A stretch of 64,000 bases of DNA, taken from NCBI RefSeq assembly GCF_040938485.1, contig NW_027271741.1:558001-622000 (forward strand), given 5' to 3'. Each line of letters starts with the position of its first letter. Position 1 is the stretch's first letter. The notes below the pieces were generated by a model. The model saw nothing but the letters and a program-made list of their open reading frames with translations. It ran no database searches and was not told the DNA's origin. Source of the DNA: Diadema antillarum. Its lineage: Eukaryota. Shown here in pieces: positions 60,592-64,000 of this stretch. The position numbers and the translations under genes were made by a program.

Positions 60592-63500
60592 ATGGAGGCC
60601 GGACCCTATGCTACCAGGTTTCTTCTACTTCTGTTGGTGCTATCAGGTTTTTTGTTATCGGTGCCTGCGCAGCGGAGCATCTGTGACATATGTAAATGCT
60701 ATTCCGGTTTGCAAATTGTGTCTTGCGTGAATGTATTCAATGTTCCCAAACGCTCTTCTTGTCTTGGACATAATGCCTTCAGCGCATTTGTCGATATCGA
60801 GGAAATTTATGAACAACTTTCTCTTGACTTATTCCGAGAGTTGACAATATCAAATTTCCTCGTGCTCAGTCGAAATTCTCTGACAAATGTTCCGAGAGAT
60901 ATGTTCATCAACATGAGGGAGCTCCAGACCTTATCACTAACAGGGAACCTTTTGACAGGAATACCTGTGTTCAACAACAGTACCTCGCTAAGATCCCTCG
61001 CTTTGTCGAGAAACGCTATTTCGGATGTTGGAAAACACCTGAGAGAAGATGCTCCAAAACTAACGCATCTTTTCCTTTCTTTCAACCGGATCAAGCACTT
61101 TACTGCAGATCAGTTTCCAATTAGTCTTCGTTCTGTAGATTTAAATGCTAATTCGATTGAAACGATTGATAAGTTGTCTTTCAATGATTTGATTCACTTG
61201 CAAAGGATCGAACTTGGTCAGAATAGACTAAAAGGTATAGTTTCTAGTACGTTTTCACTCCCGTACCTTCGTGTGGTGCGTTTACAAAATAATCGCATCT
61301 CCTGGGTCGCCTCTGATGCCTTCTCGAGCAACATTACATATTTATCTCTCAGAGGAAATAGATTGACTGAACTGAACTCCGTCGATGGGTTTCCTAACTT
61401 GCAAACATTATATCTACCAAACATTCGTTTCATCTCTCCTGGCCTTGGATGGCTCAACTATCTTTCTGTTGAAGGCAGAGATTTCGAAATTGTATCGACC
61501 CTGGAAAACGCCAACAGTCTTCAAACATTTATTCTTGTAGGTGGTGGGGAAAAAAATATTTCGTTTACCAACCATTCCTTTCTAAGTTTCTTCTCTGTGT
61601 ACTCATCGCATCTAGAAAGACTGCAAAATGTCACATGCCTATCATTATTGTCAGCTCTAACGGTATCGGACAGCAAACTTAGCGTTGTACCCGCTGTCGC
61701 AGGACTAAAAATGCTCAGAATTATCGATCTAGTAGGCAACGAAATCACGTCGGTTCAAGCCATGAGTTTTGAAAACCTACCCAGTCTGGAATATATAAGC
61801 CTAGCAGAAAACAGAATATCATCTATCAATGGGCAATTTCAGACTCCAAATTTGCAAATTATCAACTTGCATCACAACATGATATCGTCCACCGACACAG
61901 ATGTATCTCTTCCTTTTAGCTTGGAGGTTCTCCATCTTTCCCAAAATAATTTATGGCGTTGGTTCCCGTATACAAATACACTACACCTCAAGACAATGTA
62001 CGTTTCAGAAAATGAATGGACATTTATCAATAGGAACACCTTTGGTCCAGTGTATAGTCTTGAAGAACTGTTTTTGGAATACAACTGTATTATAGCAGTG
62101 TACGGATTACCAATCTCACCTCGACTAGCATGTTTAGATCTGAGCAACAACCCTCTTATTTTCATCGATACGTCGGCGTTTTTGACATCCCCACGAATAA
62201 CCGAACTGAATCTTAAGAACACCAGTATTTCAGTTTTTGAATTCAGCCTTCCTGTATTGATGTCACTGGATCTGAGTGGTACCAGGCTCCTAGAGATCCC
62301 ACGAAATCTTGCCCAACTTTGTCCAGAACTTCGACGTTTTGATTTGTGCGGTAACGCTGAGTTAAATGTTGATTTAATTGCTCTGGAAGTACTACCATTA
62401 CAATACGTGTGTGTTGGAAGCAGGGAGGGTAAGTCAGTTTCCCCTAAAAGTTTTCATCTTCTCGAACAGGCAGAATCAGTAGATCTGTTTCTAACATCAC
62501 CTGTGGAACTCAGCTGCAGTGATTTCGCTGTCATAGCGGCAGGGAGACCCCTCGACATTACTGGAGGGACTGTAGGAGAATTCAATGACACTCACTGTAT
62601 AATACCTCTGTCAAGGCGTCTTTCCTTAAGGGAAGCAACCGTCGCCGACAGCTTTTTTATCCGACTACTTGCAAGCGGAAATGTGGAAAACCTCATCTTT
62701 GACAAAGTTGCGTTGAAATCAAAACTTCCATTTCCAGATATAAACCGAAATTTATATGCACCGAACCTCAACAGACTGCAGTACACGTCAAACAAATTAG
62801 AGAATATCCCATCAATCTTTGCACCGATCACTTCTTCTCTGAGACTTGGGAGAAATTTGGTGAAGGCCTTTGACTGCGACCGAATCTTGTACTTATACCC
62901 TCAGCTTACTTACCTTGACTTATCCTACAATCGCATTACTTTTCTGTCCAAATGTTCGAGGATAGACATAATACATCCACTTGAATCCTTGATACTGAAC
63001 GGGAATGAAATCGATTTACTTGGAGATAAGAATGGAAATAGTCACTTAAGCATATTTCCGCACCTTAGCTATTTAGACTTAGCAAGTAATAATTTACATT
63101 ATTTGGGTGAGGGTATTGTCCCTACAAGTCTGTGGGACATGCCGTTGTTTTATCTTACGCTGAATGCAGACGATAACCCACTCGTCTGTGACTGTAACCA
63201 ACGATGGCTTCTCAGCCTTGATGATCATATAACTTTTCAAAATGGCGTGTGCGCTACTCCAGGGATAAACGAAGGGCGCCTTTTGACAGACCTTATTCAA
63301 GAATCTTTCCCTTGTCCACCATTCATATTGGCTTCGCAGGTTTGTGCCTATATCAATGACAGTTTAATTGTTTCTGTGACGTGCCCGGTGATATCACATC
63401 CGCAACCTAATATTACGTGGTTCTCTTCAAGCCCCCTTCTTCGTGATACACTCTCTACCTATCACGGTGAACCCATTCAGAATGATCACATAGAAATCGA

Positions 63501-63801
63501 TCTAGACAATTTCAAAAATCACGAAATTATCTTGTCATGTGGGGTTAATAGCATCTACCAATCTATTGTAATAGACATCACTTTATCGGTAGAATTTTCA
63601 TCTGAAAACATGGGAAGACATGATTTTCGGAACGCGTCGTTAACTTGTAAGGCCTGGCAACGGCTAGACGATATTACAAAGCTCGATGGTCCTACCCGTC
63701 GCCCCTTGAACGAACAAGTGAGTGGTGCAGGAAGCTCAGAATTCGACAAACCTTATAACATGGCGGCCTTGTGTTTGTTATTGTCGACATTACTTTTCTA
63801 A
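60592..63801 (+). CDS. Secreted/GPI-anchored leucine-rich-repeat protein with LRRNT, many LRRs, LRRCT and one Ig-like domain (1069 aa, intronless CDS)
   Basis: Hydrophobic leader RFLLLLLVLSGFLLSVPA; ICDICKC LRRNT; repeated LxxLxLxxNxL motifs; LRRCT NPLVCDCNQRWL...CATP; Ig-like VTCPVISHPQPNITW...LSC; C-terminal GAGSS...MAALCLLLSTLLF-stop with no cytoplasmic tail. A splice acceptor at about 60530 implies an upstream UTR exon. Confidence 0.93.
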   Translation: MEAGPYATRFLLLLLVLSGFLLSVPAQRSICDICKCYSGLQIVSCVNVFNVPKRSSCLGHNAFSAFVDIEEIYEQLSLDLFRELTISNFLVLSRNSLTNVPRDMFINMRELQTLSLTGNLLTGIPVFNNSTSLRSLALSRNAISDVGKHLREDAPKLTHLFLSFNRIKHFTADQFPISLRSVDLNANSIETIDKLSFNDLIHLQRIELGQNRLKGIVSSTFSLPYLRVVRLQNNRISWVASDAFSSNITYLSLRGNRLTELNSVDGFPNLQTLYLPNIRFISPGLGWLNYLSVEGRDFEIVSTLENANSLQTFILVGGGEKNISFTNHSFLSFFSVYSSHLERLQNVTCLSLLSALTVSDSKLSVVPAVAGLKMLRIIDLVGNEITSVQAMSFENLPSLEYISLAENRISSINGQFQTPNLQIINLHHNMISSTDTDVSLPFSLEVLHLSQNNLWRWFPYTNTLHLKTMYVSENEWTFINRNTFGPVYSLEELFLEYNCIIAVYGLPISPRLACLDLSNNPLIFIDTSAFLTSPRITELNLKNTSISVFEFSLPVLMSLDLSGTRLLEIPRNLAQLCPELRRFDLCGNAELNVDLIALEVLPLQYVCVGSREGKSVSPKSFHLLEQAESVDLFLTSPVELSCSDFAVIAAGRPLDITGGTVGEFNDTHCIIPLSRRLSLREATVADSFFIRLLASGNVENLIFDKVALKSKLPFPDINRNLYAPNLNRLQYTSNKLENIPSIFAPITSSLRLGRNLVKAFDCDRILYLYPQLTYLDLSYNRITFLSKCSRIDIIHPLESLILNGNEIDLLGDKNGNSHLSIFPHLSYLDLASNNLHYLGEGIVPTSLWDMPLFYLTLNADDNPLVCDCNQRWLLSLDDHITFQNGVCATPGINEGRLLTDLIQESFPCPPFILASQVCAYINDSLIVSVTCPVISHPQPNITWFSSSPLLRDTLSTYHGEPIQNDHIEIDLDNFKNHEIILSCGVNSIYQSIVIDITLSVEFSSENMGRHDFRNASLTCKAWQRLDDITKLDGPTRRPLNEQVSGAGSSEFDKPYNMAALCLLLSTLLF

Positions 63802-64000
63802 CTAGAAGAGCACTCTGACAGCGCAGACCTCCGCCAAGCAGCTTCTTTCCACCGTGATCTTACTCAGAGTCTTCAGATAAGTGATTTCCACCCACTGAAA
63901 AATCGCCCGATTTCCTAATATAGAAGCCTTTGTTGTGTCATAAACCCTCAAACGCGCGGCGCGCATCACCCCGGCAGAAGCCGGGTTCACACGTACAAAA

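Noticed and set aside
60807-63749. Minus-strand ORFs overlapping the LRR gene (and those overlapping the LINE ORF2 at 54095 and 55094)
   Set aside because: Short antisense shadows of long genuine coding frames.

Overview
AT-rich, intron-containing animal genomic DNA with microsatellites, MITEs and LINEs. The host is probably a marine invertebrate such as a sea urchin (inference from repeat style and gene content only). Three protein-coding loci stand out. (1) A zinc-dependent cytidine-deaminase-fold gene, AID/APOBEC-like (HAE-x39-PCxxC), at 1.3-2.8 kb (+). (2) A multi-exon minus-strand gene at about 11.4-37.8 kb that the ORF track shows only as unrelated pieces. Joined at phase-compatible GT-AG sites it encodes about 1450 aa: PR-Set7/SET8-like SET domain, about 11 acidic 39-aa repeats, Cys/His zinc-finger-like motifs, a tyrosine-recombinase catalytic domain and a C-terminal Myb/SANT-like module, with one frameshift inside the repeats. 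Its upstream introns hold a 16-kb modular repeat array built on the palindrome GAGGAC-N-GTCCTC, and related GGAC motifs cluster on both sides of the gene. This is the best candidate for an undescribed system: a large Crypton-like tyrosine-recombinase element carrying a chromatin writer, possibly with the deaminase as cargo. (3) An intronless 1069-aa signal peptide-LRR-LRRCT-Ig protein with a probable GPI signal and no TIR domain at 60.6-63.8 kb (+). The rest is transposon material: an intact 998-aa endonuclease-RT LINE ORF, several decayed LINEs, a Tc1 fragment, a Gypsy integrase fragment split by a TIR element, and many MITEs. No rRNA, tRNA or CRISPR array was recognised.
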